Virus record (IMG/VR): IMGVR_UViG_3300031555_004524
Location: 32,001 to 96,000 of that record
Strand: one strand, 5' to 3'
Origin: a virus
Taxonomy: Duplodnaviria; Caudoviricetes
Length of the DNA: 64,000 bases
A model generated the notes under the pieces. That model had not been told where the DNA came from. It worked only from the letters and a program-made list of their open reading frames with translations, and did no database searches. Shown piece after piece: positions 49,999-59,954 of the stretch; the first letter of the stretch is position 1, and every line of letters starts with the position of its first letter. Both the position numbers and the translations under genes were made by a program.

Positions 49999-51780
49999 AC
50001 CGAATCTGATTGGAGTATCTGTATATAATGCTTTATGATTTTTAGAAGCTTTTGATCTGGTATTTTCATTTTTAATATTTGTAGATGATAAGCTTGTTAC
50101 TGAGAATTTTTCTTCAGCGTACTGTTTCAATCTATAAATATAAATTTTACCTACTACCATTTCTCTTAATCCAGGAATATATCTAATATTTCCGTTACTA
50201 TCTTCTATCGGAATAATCATTTTATATTGCTTTATAAACGGGAACTCATGATATAATTGTCGTAATATATCAATACTTGTACTTTCAGACATAGGTTTAT
50301 TTGATAATAAAATATATCCATCTTCTATCATTTGATCAATATACCAACCTCTATCGTTATTAGTAGCACTATCATGATACATCATTTCATAAAATTCATT
50401 GGCTTCAGATTGAGATACATAAGATATATATCTATAAATCATCTCAATTGAATCGTCCAAACTAATATTATTATCTCTAATATATTCCAATAATCTTGTA
50501 CCAATAAATGTTAATGAAACCTCCGCTAATTGACCCCAATTCAATCTATTAGTACATGTAAATCCGTTGAAACATACTTCAAGTCTGTCACCATTTTCTG
50601 TTACAGGCATAAGATGATCTGGAGTTATTTTGGCAATAATACCTTTACCTCCAAATCTATTTGTAATTTTATCTCCTGCAATGGGAACACTTTCTTCCAA
50701 TATATAAAACTCTACCAAAGTACCAGTAAAACTTTTATCTTTGATGAAAGTTGTTCCTTCTAATTCACGTTTAGAATTAAACCATAATTCTTCTAACTCT
50801 CGTTCCATATGGATATATCCATGCTGTTTTCTTAAACGATTAATACATTCTACAATTTCTTTACATACTCTAATATGCTCATTGTAATAATATAACACTT
50901 GCTGATTAGAATATCTGGATTGTAAAATTTCTGGAGAGTTTGAATATATATTAATATCTATAACCTTCCCTGTTACTGTGAATTTCTCATCACTGATTAA
51001 CAATTGTTTTAATCTTTCTATAGATTGCATATATAAAGATTCTTCAATCTTTTCTCGTCTAACACCGACAAGAATACCATTGTTAACATACTCCCCAATA
51101 TCTGGGAATGCCTTATCTCCTAATAAATTTAGAAGAATATCATTATCATTCAATGATACCTGTACTCTTTTTAATAATGGAGATGCTAATTTTCTTGCTG
51201 CGGATTCTGATAACTCAATACCATCTTCCATAGTAATATCCGAACAGATATATCCACATAATAAGTTTACACCATCACATCTATTCTGATACTCATCATA
51301 TGAATATGAAGATCTTACTAATTCCCCTTCAGATATTTCATATCCAATATCCAATTTATCCAATACTGTATTGTCATAATCATATAAATAACCATATGTT
51401 TCTGTAGTATAACGATATGGAACTTTAGTGATTACTCCAAATTTTCCAGTATCAATATCTCTTGTTATTAAGTAATATGACTCATTTGGATTTGTTGTGA
51501 ACTTAGATATTTTATCAACAATTTCCAAATCAGACTCTGCTCTAATAATAGATGAACTTTCATCGCCATATCTATTTTCATATCCAGTACCTATTACTGG
51601 AACTTCTGGTTTAAGAATCTGCATAGCTTGCTCTAATTGGCTTTCTTGCATTATCTTTCTAGAACCAGAGTTTGTGCTAGAAAATGGTTGGAACAATCCT
51701 TTTCCACCCATTTGCTCTCTCGATGTTAATCGAGCTTCCTCATAACCAATGGTCTTTTCCAAGTCCATTATTGATGCCAT
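49999..51780 (-). CDS. RNAP beta C-terminal subunit, exon 1 (spliced product 738 aa)
   Basis: MEDG, GDKITNRFGGKG, RLNWGQLAE, YRLKQYAEEK, ending TPIRFG. Confidence 0.9.
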
Positions 51781-51968
51781 TGTCGGTCGCCCCTTTCTTG
51801 GTCAGTTTTATAATTTTTCTCATATTTAGTAAAATCCGAACATATATATTTATTTGGATTCATACCTAATTTGCATGGCTCTCCACATCCAATACACACA
51901 TATTCTTCTTCTATATAATATCCAAATGGACATAATGATTTTGCGTCGTAATATTTTTGTCTGGACAT
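51768..51968 (-). CDS. Small Cys-rich early protein
   Basis: 5 Cys; AGGAGG SD; TATATTAT at 51995. Confidence 0.55.
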   Translation of the reverse strand: MSRQKYYDAKSLCPFGYYIEEEYVCIGCGEPCKLGMNPNKYICSDFTKYEKNYKTDQERGDRQWHQ

Positions 51969-52066
51969 GTAAAATTTATACCTCCTTCAAAAATATAATA
52001 TACAACCAATCTGAAACTTGAATATGTACAGACTAGCAATGATAACACTGCTAGTCTATATTATAA

Positions 52067-53323
52067 TTAAGCTGCTCCTGCTAACCCTAACAATGCAGAA
52101 GATACATCAAATATTTCGTCTTCCTCTTCGCATTCAACTGGTTTATTGATAAGATTCTGCAATCCAATCATAGCATATTTCATAAATAATTGCTGGAATT
52201 CAGGATCAGTTCTAAGCTTATTTTTAAATTCTTTCTGAGGGCATCTAACTTTTTCCTCTCCTCCGAATGTCATTGATACTCCGCTTACAGTAACAATTCC
52301 TTGATCTTTAAGCATATAGAATAATGACAATTCTCTATCGAATCCTTTTTCATAATCAAATATGAGATTTACAGATCTACCAGAAGCGCTTGTTCTGGAT
52401 TTAACCAATGTAGCTTCTACTACAGACCCTTTAATATAAAATCCTTCAGTTTCTTTAAGTTTAGCATTATCATCTAATCTAATTAGTAAATTAGTAAGAT
52501 ATACTGCTACTCTACCTCCACCAAGACTTTCACCTTGTTTTAAATATGCCACCTGTGCTTTCTTCTTAGCAAACATATTAATTTCAACTGATTCTGTAAT
52601 ATGGTTTACTACGAATAAAATAATATTAGCAGCTTTAAGCATAGGAATAATTCGTCTAAAAATAGCTGAGTTTGTTTTTGCTGCAGCTGTTGTAGACATC
52701 TGACCAGATAATTCTTCCTCTTCTGTTAATTTTTCTGGCATGAGCATAGCTAATGAATCAAGAATATAAACTGTAGGTTCTAATTTATAAATACGATTTC
52801 CTCGTTCATCATATAAACCAGTATCATATTCATATTCAGCTCTATCCTCTAATTTTAAATCATGAATCATTTTGATTCTCTGATAAAAGTTTTCAGCTGT
52901 TACACCGCTATTTCTAGCAATATATTTATCTTCCATTTCTTCATTTCCCATTCTCATGAGAAGTCGTTTTCTTGACTCTACAATACCACCTTCAATATCA
53001 TCATGATATATACATGATGTAGGAAATGGTCTAATAATTTCTGCAGCAGATTGCATAATAAATGTGGTTTTACCACATCCGGATCTACCAATTACAGTAA
53101 CCATAGAACCATCTACAATTCCGACAGAATTGTATGTAAAATCCATAGTATCGGATTTTACATGAATAACAGTACCATTTAAAAAATCAAATCCCAAAAA
53201 ACCAGTAGGGTATGCAATATCACGTTCTGTTTCATTTTTCATTCGAGAATCTTTCATTGAACCGACTCTTTCTCTAAACGCTGAAGCTAATCGTCCCATA
53301 AAAAATTTCATCCTTTCTATCAT
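52067..53323 (-). CDS. RecA/UvsX-like recombinase
   Basis: PTGFLGFD, GRSGCGKTT, YILDSLA, VNH, GG..V.Y, VKSR. Confidence 0.88.
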   Translation of the reverse strand: MIERMKFFMGRLASAFRERVGSMKDSRMKNETERDIAYPTGFLGFDFLNGTVIHVKSDTMDFTYNSVGIVDGSMVTVIGRSGCGKTTFIMQSAAEIIRPFPTSCIYHDDIEGGIVESRKRLLMRMGNEEMEDKYIARNSGVTAENFYQRIKMIHDLKLEDRAEYEYDTGLYDERGNRIYKLEPTVYILDSLAMLMPEKLTEEEELSGQMSTTAAAKTNSAIFRRIIPMLKAANIILFVVNHITESVEINMFAKKKAQVAYLKQGESLGGGRVAVYLTNLLIRLDDNAKLKETEGFYIKGSVVEATLVKSRTSASGRSVNLIFDYEKGFDRELSLFYMLKDQGIVTVSGVSMTFGGEEKVRCPQKEFKNKLRTDPEFQQLFMKYAMIGLQNLINKPVECEEEDEIFDVSSALLGLAGAA

Positions 53324-53435
53324 TTTATTTTATTAACATGTTTCGCACATATTAAAAAATAAAAATAGTACAAATATTGCTATACTTATCATAAATGAGG
53401 TAGATAGCCTACTGACTATCTACCTCAAATATATT

Positions 53436-54356
53436 TTATATTAATACTAATTCTCGTTCTGATTGTTCAAATAAATCCACCATCTGACAAATTCGTCCAT
53501 AATCAGACACTGCAATTGATTTAAGATTTATTCTTACAGGTGCAGCATTCTGTAAGTAGCATTTAGTTTGAGCATAATTCTTCAATACAGCATAAATCAC
53601 ATCTAATGGACTTTCGTTAAGAATATCCAATATAGCTAATGTAATTCTACCATAAATCTCTTCCTGATTAATAGTCATACTATCTGCTTCCCATACATCA
53701 AACATTATGCCTTCAAACATTGGTGAAAGATGATCAAAGAATTTCTCATAAATATATACAATATTTTGCTCAGTCATCATATCAATATCTGAATTCATAA
53801 TTGTACAATTTACTCGTTTCATTGCAACTTTTTGGTCTTTTGTCGAATAACGAGAAATAATTAAATCAATAATCAACTTATTCGAGAAACCATATCCATA
53901 TAATCTTGGAATGGAGTCCCTATTAATTGTTCTCGCTAATCCATATAAAAGATTCATAATATTTGGATCTTTCTTATAGATCATAAAATCATAAATCAGT
54001 CGGTTACAATTGATTTTTTGATCTAATGTAAAGGAATCAGTTTTTGCCGATAATACTCTAGTGAATATTTCAACAAATCTTTCATTTGTAAATAAATTTG
54101 CAATTAATACACTATTGGTATCTATAAAAGATTTGTCTAGAATATGAGTATAAGCTTCCTGTAATAATTGAAACAATAAATTGTCATCAATGTTATTAAT
54201 ATTGGACAATCTTGGTACTAGTATGCTAGGATTCATCTCAATACTATCAAGCATATTTATATCAATAAATTGCTTTGGTTGTAATGGGTGGCGTTCAGCC
54301 ATTTCATTTAGCATTCCTCCGAAAAACATTTTTCTTTTCTCCTCTCGCTCCATCAT
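53436..54356 (-). CDS. Helical hypothetical protein coupled to the tubulin gene
   Basis: 306 aa; TAATG overlap with the tubulin stop. Confidence 0.7.
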   Translation of the reverse strand: MMEREEKRKMFFGGMLNEMAERHPLQPKQFIDINMLDSIEMNPSILVPRLSNINNIDDNLLFQLLQEAYTHILDKSFIDTNSVLIANLFTNERFVEIFTRVLSAKTDSFTLDQKINCNRLIYDFMIYKKDPNIMNLLYGLARTINRDSIPRLYGYGFSNKLIIDLIISRYSTKDQKVAMKRVNCTIMNSDIDMMTEQNIVYIYEKFFDHLSPMFEGIMFDVWEADSMTINQEEIYGRITLAILDILNESPLDVIYAVLKNYAQTKCYLQNAAPVRINLKSIAVSDYGRICQMVDLFEQSERELVLI

Positions 54357-55519
54357 TAATATGGAGATGTAATATTTACCTCATTGTTTTCATCATTGTC
54401 TGATTCTAACTTTGCAAAGAATGCAGACTTATCCATTCTTTTCTTTTTTGGCTTTGGAGTTGACACATCAAACATTGTATCGTTTTTATCCATATCAAAT
54501 TTCTTTGAAAAGAATGAATCTTTCTTCTTATCTACTTTTGTAGTATATTTTAAATACTTATCATAAATAGCTTCTATTTCTTTTACAGGTATTTTTGATC
54601 CAGCCGAAATAAATGCAATAAAATTAGGCATATCTTCTTCATGCTGAATATGTTCAAATTTTTCAAAACATGTGCCCAATTTATCAATTAAAATATCCTG
54701 ATAATCTATAATACCTGTCAAATCTTCATCAATATTGATCATAACTGCTAATCGTATTTGACTTTTATCATTGAGATCCAGTGTTGTAGTCTCATCAATC
54801 ATAGCTGTTACCATCTGTCTAAAACCTTCTCTATTTTTTATCTTAGAGAATTCTTTCACTTCAATGATCATATACCCTGGTGTTGTAGAAACTTTAAACA
54901 AATCTGTTTCGTCAATATTATGATCAGATGCCACCAATGGGTTTCCGTATAAGATACTTATCTTTTTACAGAAATCAATATTAGCTGCACGTTCGGCTTT
55001 TAATCTATTACCGTCAAATTTATCCATATATTTTGAATTCTGAATACATTCAACAGTAAAAGATTCTTTCATTTCCTGGAAATACTGTACAGTATTCATT
55101 AATCCTCTACCATCTTCTTCAAATCCAGTAAATGCGAAACAATGTACATTAATATCATATGACTCTTTAATATAATGAGCAAGAAGTGGTACTGCTCCTG
55201 AGCCTGTTCCTCCTTCAGTTGATGATACTAATACCACTAATTCAGCTTCATTATCTGTATCAATTCCTAAGAAATCTTCTAAATCTAAATGTCCGCCCAT
55301 AATATTTTCTTCTACAAGCTTTTTAGATAGAGATCTTTCTTTTCCACATCCACCATATGCATTGTTAAAACATATTACATTACCTTTATAATCTGCAGGT
55401 ATGTCTTTTCTTGTAGAGTTTACAAGTAATACGTTTTCAATAGATTCAATTTTGTCCTCTACTGCACTGATTGCTGCTTTGTTTCCAGCAGCTCCTACTC
55501 CAATAATTCTCGTTCTCAT
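54356..55519 (-). CDS. Tubulin/FtsZ-family GTPase (TubZ/PhuZ-like)
   Basis: IGVGAAGNKA, GCGK, GGTGSG signature, NIDETD T7-like loop. Confidence 0.88.
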   Translation of the reverse strand: MRTRIIGVGAAGNKAAISAVEDKIESIENVLLVNSTRKDIPADYKGNVICFNNAYGGCGKERSLSKKLVEENIMGGHLDLEDFLGIDTDNEAELVVLVSSTEGGTGSGAVPLLAHYIKESYDINVHCFAFTGFEEDGRGLMNTVQYFQEMKESFTVECIQNSKYMDKFDGNRLKAERAANIDFCKKISILYGNPLVASDHNIDETDLFKVSTTPGYMIIEVKEFSKIKNREGFRQMVTAMIDETTTLDLNDKSQIRLAVMINIDEDLTGIIDYQDILIDKLGTCFEKFEHIQHEEDMPNFIAFISAGSKIPVKEIEAIYDKYLKYTTKVDKKKDSFFSKKFDMDKNDTMFDVSTPKPKKKRMDKSAFFAKLESDNDENNEVNITSPY

Positions 55520-55546
55520 TATTATTTCTCCTCCTTAAATATATAC

Positions 55547-55864
55547 TTATACCGAATGTACTGGTATTATTTCTATTTTAATTGAATAGAATGCATTTAA
55601 AAAATTTCTAATTGTATCATAACCTCGAATCCTCCAAGGATCAGATTCTTCATCTGGATTTACAAATAATGTATTTGTAGGTTCATATATTGTTTTATTT
55701 TTAATACAAAAATTCATCATAGCTGTTGGCCCAAAATGTATTGTATTTTTAAATTCTTGAGAAATATCACATATTCTCTCATAGCTAGTTGAAGCTGCTA
55801 TTATAATAGCATCATTACTATTCTCATCATAGCTATTCAACTTAACTTTTAATACATGAATCAT
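55547..55864 (-). CDS. Small paralog-family protein
   Basis: IHVL..IAASTSYERI..IIPV. Confidence 0.6.
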   Translation of the reverse strand: MIHVLKVKLNSYDENSNDAIIIAASTSYERICDISQEFKNTIHFGPTAMMNFCIKNKTIYEPTNTLFVNPDEESDPWRIRGYDTIRNFLNAFYSIKIEIIPVHSV

Positions 55865-56168
55865 CTATTTTTCCTCCACTATTTCTAAAATTTAATGTTT
55901 TTATAAATGGAGTTAAATGTCCGCATAAATATGCATCATAATCTTTTATATCTATCCAATGAGTGCAATAACCACACATAGCTTCAATATCCACTGCTTG
56001 CGGTTCATACTTATCAAAAAACATTTGTAAATCATTGAAACTTTTTACCAAAGCAATATTGAATTCTTCCAATATTTGATTTAATTCATTTATATTATCT
56101 GATACTTTGGCTATATAATTAAATTCGCAATGTTCTATTGTAGAATCTTGTATAAATAATACATGCAT
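55842..56168 (-). CDS. Small paralog-family protein
   Basis: MHVL..AKVSDNINEL. Confidence 0.6.
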   Translation of the reverse strand: MHVLFIQDSTIEHCEFNYIAKVSDNINELNQILEEFNIALVKSFNDLQMFFDKYEPQAVDIEAMCGYCTHWIDIKDYDAYLCGHLTPFIKTLNFRNSGGKIDDSCIKS

Positions 56169-56178
56169 ATAACCCTCC

Positions 56179-56388
56179 TTAATTATTTGATAGCGATATT
56201 AAATTAAGAATATCTTTAATAGGAATTCCAGTAACTTCACTTATTATTCCACATATAGATATTAATAATAGAATTATAGATAATATTATAATAAATTTAG
56301 CTTTTATATCATGTATAAAATCATATTTGATAAGGTAATACACAGATACTATCACATATGATAATGATATAATATAAACAGTTAACAT
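56179..56388 (-). CDS. Small two-TM membrane protein
   Basis: Two hydrophobic segments. Confidence 0.5.
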   Translation of the reverse strand: MLTVYIISLSYVIVSVYYLIKYDFIHDIKAKFIIILSIILLLISICGIISEVTGIPIKDILNLISLSNN

Positions 56389-56390
56389 GT

Positions 56391-56699
56391 TTATACCCCC
56401 AATACTCCAATCATATGAACATCTGCACTCATGATGTATATTGATTGATAAGTATTATTTATTGATTGTTTAGCATATTTGGTAGGATCAAAAGGTGAAC
56501 GATTTCCTAACAAAATAGCATTATTATCTTTTAAGAATTTTATAATAGACTCATATCCTTCCATCGCTACTTTTATATAATCTTCTTGTAAATATTCTAA
56601 TATAGTTTTATTTTGCGATGTTGCTAATAATACAATATCATAAGTTTTATAATCTTCTTTAAAAATGTTTATAAGTAACAGATGAATTCTTTTATTCAT
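56391..56699 (-). CDS. Small paralog-family protein
   Basis: IHLL..LATSQNKTIL. Confidence 0.6.
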   Translation of the reverse strand: MNKRIHLLLINIFKEDYKTYDIVLLATSQNKTILEYLQEDYIKVAMEGYESIIKFLKDNNAILLGNRSPFDPTKYAKQSINNTYQSIYIMSADVHMIGVLGV

Positions 56700-56761
56700 T
56701 TTATAGTACTCCTTATTTAAGATATGACTAGATACTCAATTAAGAGTATCTAGTTATGTAC

Positions 56762-56905
56762 TTATATTCTTCTTGGAGATTCTTTAAATCTATCATCTTC
56801 TTCATTAGAAGTTCTGTCTTCTTGTTCATTAAATGGAGTTAAGCCTAAACCTAAATCTCCCTGTTCTGAAATTACATAATTTCCATTTCCGTTCGTTGTT
56901 GGCAT
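56762..56905 (-). CDS. 47-aa hydrophilic early peptide (not in ORF track)
   Basis: AGGAGG SD, TATATTAT at 56952, hairpin after the stop; MPTTNGNGNYVISEQGDLGLGLTPFNEQEDRTSNEEDDRFKESPRRI. Confidence 0.5.
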   Translation of the reverse strand: MPTTNGNGNYVISEQGDLGLGLTPFNEQEDRTSNEEDDRFKESPRRI

Positions 56906-56980
56906 TTTTCATACCCTCCTTATCTTATATTTTTAAACTCTTCTCATATTAATAATATACAAGTATTAAAAGAATTAGAA

Positions 56981-57721
56981 TTAAGATCGTTCCACTCCAG
57001 CACGCCTTCTATCTTTTATTGTATACATTGTATAATCACCTTGATTTATGAGATTACTATTCAAATGAGATCCAATAAGATACACATTAAACATATTTCT
57101 TGCTAATGAATCATCAACTGAATCTGGCAGATCCTCTAATCTCACAATTCCAGTAGTACCAATTGTATTATACATAGCATTCATTGCAGCCATTGAATCA
57201 GCTTTAGGTCCACTAAATTCTTTCATGGTATTAGTTAAATCTGATATTGCTAATGATTCAAATTCTCTATCAGAAGTTCCAGCACCTTTATCTCCGCCCA
57301 ATAAACGTCCAGTTTTCATATCTCTATTAGATATTTCTGGAGCCCATTTATTTTTCTTTGTAACAAACTGCTGAACTTTCTTTAATGGTAAATATACTAC
57401 CATAGCTTCTTCCTGGCCAGATACTGGAACTCCATCTTTATTTTTATAGAAGTATGGAAATGTAATGGTTTCCATTAATGGAACTCCTAAATAATCCAAT
57501 GCTTCTATACAATCAGACATCGATGGTTCAGTAATTGACGGTTTATCATGAAATCTAAATGGTAATTGTTTTTTCATAAGATTGTAGAATTGAGTATCAC
57601 TCATATTGGCAAATAGCTGTCTATAATAATCTGAATTTGTTCCCGATTTATCAATTTTATCCATAGACTCTAATACCATTGTTTCTACTTTTTTTCTCTG
57701 TTCTTTGGTCATTTTAGGCAT
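56981..57721 (-). CDS. RNAP beta extreme C-terminal fragment (probably virion RNAP)
   Basis: YLPLKKVQQFVTKKN..RDMKTGRLLGGDKGAGTSDREFESL matches RpoB YMLKL.H.V..K..TQQPLGG..GQRFGEMEVWAL. Confidence 0.7.
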   Translation of the reverse strand: MPKMTKEQRKKVETMVLESMDKIDKSGTNSDYYRQLFANMSDTQFYNLMKKQLPFRFHDKPSITEPSMSDCIEALDYLGVPLMETITFPYFYKNKDGVPVSGQEEAMVVYLPLKKVQQFVTKKNKWAPEISNRDMKTGRLLGGDKGAGTSDREFESLAISDLTNTMKEFSGPKADSMAAMNAMYNTIGTTGIVRLEDLPDSVDDSLARNMFNVYLIGSHLNSNLINQGDYTMYTIKDRRRAGVERS

Positions 57722-57736
57722 TTATAAATACCTCCA

Positions 57737-58090
57737 TTATTCAAGTCTAGATCCACCTATATTAGCATGACCAATTCTAGCACTATTTGGTTTTCGTACT
57801 ACAATTTTATCAAAATCTAATATATCCTCTGTAGGAATCTTAATAATTGTAGATTCGTATTTATCGGCAAAATCCATAGTTAAAACTGCACTAATATTTT
57901 CACTTCCAGGATAATAAATATTTGCAATTTTTACCACTTTTCCAGTTCCTTTAAGTTTTTTAAATTCTCGTCTATATTCAATAGAAAGAATATCTCCTTC
58001 TCTAACAGTATCAATTTTTTCAGAACCGTCATCAAAATATAAATGCATAGCCAATGCGTGCACTGGCTTTATTTCATTTTTTAATAGCAT
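57737..58090 (-). CDS. Hypothetical beta-rich late protein; paralog of 23138-23701
   Basis: GDILSIEY, MDFA..ES....EDILDF; late promoter 58108-58120. Confidence 0.6.
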   Translation of the reverse strand: MLLKNEIKPVHALAMHLYFDDGSEKIDTVREGDILSIEYRREFKKLKGTGKVVKIANIYYPGSENISAVLTMDFADKYESTIIKIPTEDILDFDKIVVRKPNSARIGHANIGGSRLE

Positions 58091-58126
58091 ATGTATAAAA
58101 CCTCCTTTTAAATGAATGTTTCAAAT

Positions 58127-58693
58127 TTATACAGTATGCTCTAATCTGCGAAGATGGTCTGTATGTCCCATACCACCTCTGCGTTTAACTTTACAGTTAT
58201 CTCCAACAACTATACCATATTGAAGGAATATACCTTGAACAATTTTGCTATTATGAGGGATTAAACAACTTTTATTCTGATTGTTTTCATTTGTTATTTT
58301 TAAGTAAATATGACCTTCATTTTCTGCGTTAAAATAATCACCATCTATAACAGCAATAGTATCATCCAGACGAACTTTATAATCAAAACTTAATCCACTT
58401 TTTGGATATATACCCAAAAACCATTCACTGATAACTTGTGCTCTAATTCCAGTTGGAATAACTACAGATTCTCCTGGTAATAGTATCATATCATTGAATG
58501 GGAAATAGAAATCATATCCAGCAGATTCTTCTGTAGATCTATCTGGCAATTTAATATTGTCATATATTTTTGTTTTTACATGTGATTCATCTAATAATAA
58601 ATAATCTTTCAAAGGTCCTTTATCACAAAAACGATGAATTCCTTCCATAAATTGTTCAAAACTAACTTTATGAAATTGTCCTACATTTTTCAT
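58127..58693 (-). CDS. dut: Trimeric dUTPase
   Basis: Motifs SAGYD, PKSGL, VIDGDY, KIVQ, RRGGMGHT. Confidence 0.88.
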   Translation of the reverse strand: MKNVGQFHKVSFEQFMEGIHRFCDKGPLKDYLLLDESHVKTKIYDNIKLPDRSTEESAGYDFYFPFNDMILLPGESVVIPTGIRAQVISEWFLGIYPKSGLSFDYKVRLDDTIAVIDGDYFNAENEGHIYLKITNENNQNKSCLIPHNSKIVQGIFLQYGIVVGDNCKVKRRGGMGHTDHLRRLEHTV

Positions 58694-58710
58694 GTTTTAT
58701 ATCTCTCTTT

Positions 58711-58938
58711 CTAGTTTAATAATATAAATAATAAAAAAATAAATAATGCTATACATAATATCGATACCGATATAATATAGTTACAAGCTTTTTTCTCCAT
58801 TTCTTTATCAAATTCTGTAATTCCAGTAGTATCAATAAAATATAATTTATATATATATATATTTATAATACAATATATCAATGAAAAGATTACAAATAAT
58901 ATAATTATAGATGCACTTATTTTTAATAATCCGTACAT
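58711..58938 (-). CDS. Small two-TM membrane protein
   Basis: Two hydrophobic segments; AGGAG SD. Confidence 0.5.
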   Translation of the reverse strand: MYGLLKISASIIILFVIFSLIYCIINIYIYKLYFIDTTGITEFDKEMEKKACNYIISVSILCIALFIFLLFILLN

Positions 58939-59040
58939 TATATGAATATTCTCCTTATATATTAATATATAGTTTCAATATAAATAAAAAATAAAAGGGA
59001 GTATGAAATATATATATACTCCCTCTTTAATTTAATGCTA

Positions 59041-59844
59041 TTATACTTCCATACCATACTCTAATAAAAGCTTATTGCAGACACATGATAAGAATTCAGC
59101 ATTAGTAGGTTTATCTCTATTCCACGAATAACTATTTCCAAAATACTTATTAATATTCTCTGCAGAGTGATTCGAATTATAGGCTCTTTCTATAGCGTGC
59201 CTGATATTTCTTTCCACTCTAGGTGATGTAGTTTTATTTTTTTCTGCCACATATGGATATATATCTTTTGTAATATGTATACCTGACAAGTAACCACCAC
59301 AATATTTCATAATATATATAACTGCGTCGGTAATAAATTTTCTGCCTAAGATATTATAAGGTATTCCAATATCAGATAGCATCTTATCAAGTGAAACTGT
59401 GATGTCAATATTCTTATTATTCTTAGAATCTGCAGGTGTAGAAGTTATAGCATTTATAATTGCAACTTTGCTAAGCATTAATATGGTCGATATTAATGAA
59501 TCTGTATGTATTGGATATTTCATATAATGATTGCACCCTGCAGTCAATACATTATTAATCATATTATTATTTATTATATCACCAGTTGCAATTATAATTG
59601 GATTATATTTATATATCTTTCCTATGTAATCGATCATATGTAATATATCAAAACCTGATCTAAAAATGTCAGCTACAATTACTTTAGGTTTGTTATATGA
59701 AATAAATGTTAAAAGTTGTTTTTGACTCATTTCGTTAGCATTCATAAATTCGAAACAATATTCAGAATTAGATATGTTTGATGTATTAATATCTGTGCCA
59801 TAAGAGAAAAGTAATACTGTAAATTTTGGTTTGTTCTTATTCAT
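59041..59844 (-). CDS. spo0A: Spo0A-like sporulation regulator with degenerate receiver domain
   Basis: Spo0A_C motifs GIP.NILG..F...A, ITKDIYPYVA...TTSPRVERNIRHAIE, KPTNAEFL. Confidence 0.85.
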   Translation of the reverse strand: MNKNKPKFTVLLFSYGTDINTSNISNSEYCFEFMNANEMSQKQLLTFISYNKPKVIVADIFRSGFDILHMIDYIGKIYKYNPIIIATGDIINNNMINNVLTAGCNHYMKYPIHTDSLISTILMLSKVAIINAITSTPADSKNNKNIDITVSLDKMLSDIGIPYNILGRKFITDAVIYIMKYCGGYLSGIHITKDIYPYVAEKNKTTSPRVERNIRHAIERAYNSNHSAENINKYFGNSYSWNRDKPTNAEFLSCVCNKLLLEYGMEV

Positions 59845-59954
59845 AAGATTTTATCCTCCTGTGTAAATAAAATTATACTGTTTTATTTGATTCACCATAA
59901 TAATATATAATACAAAAGAATAATATTACCTTTTATCCAATCATTTTATAAAAG

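Noticed and set aside
49970-50005. Explicit P1/P10 pairing at the 5' splice site
   Set aside because: Only weak pairings could be found by eye (UUCGGU with GCUUAA); left unassigned pending folding.
58660-58693. QFHKVS in dUTPase as an LFxKI motif
   Set aside because: FxKVS is the normal N-terminal strand of clostridial-type dUTPases and lacks the Leu.
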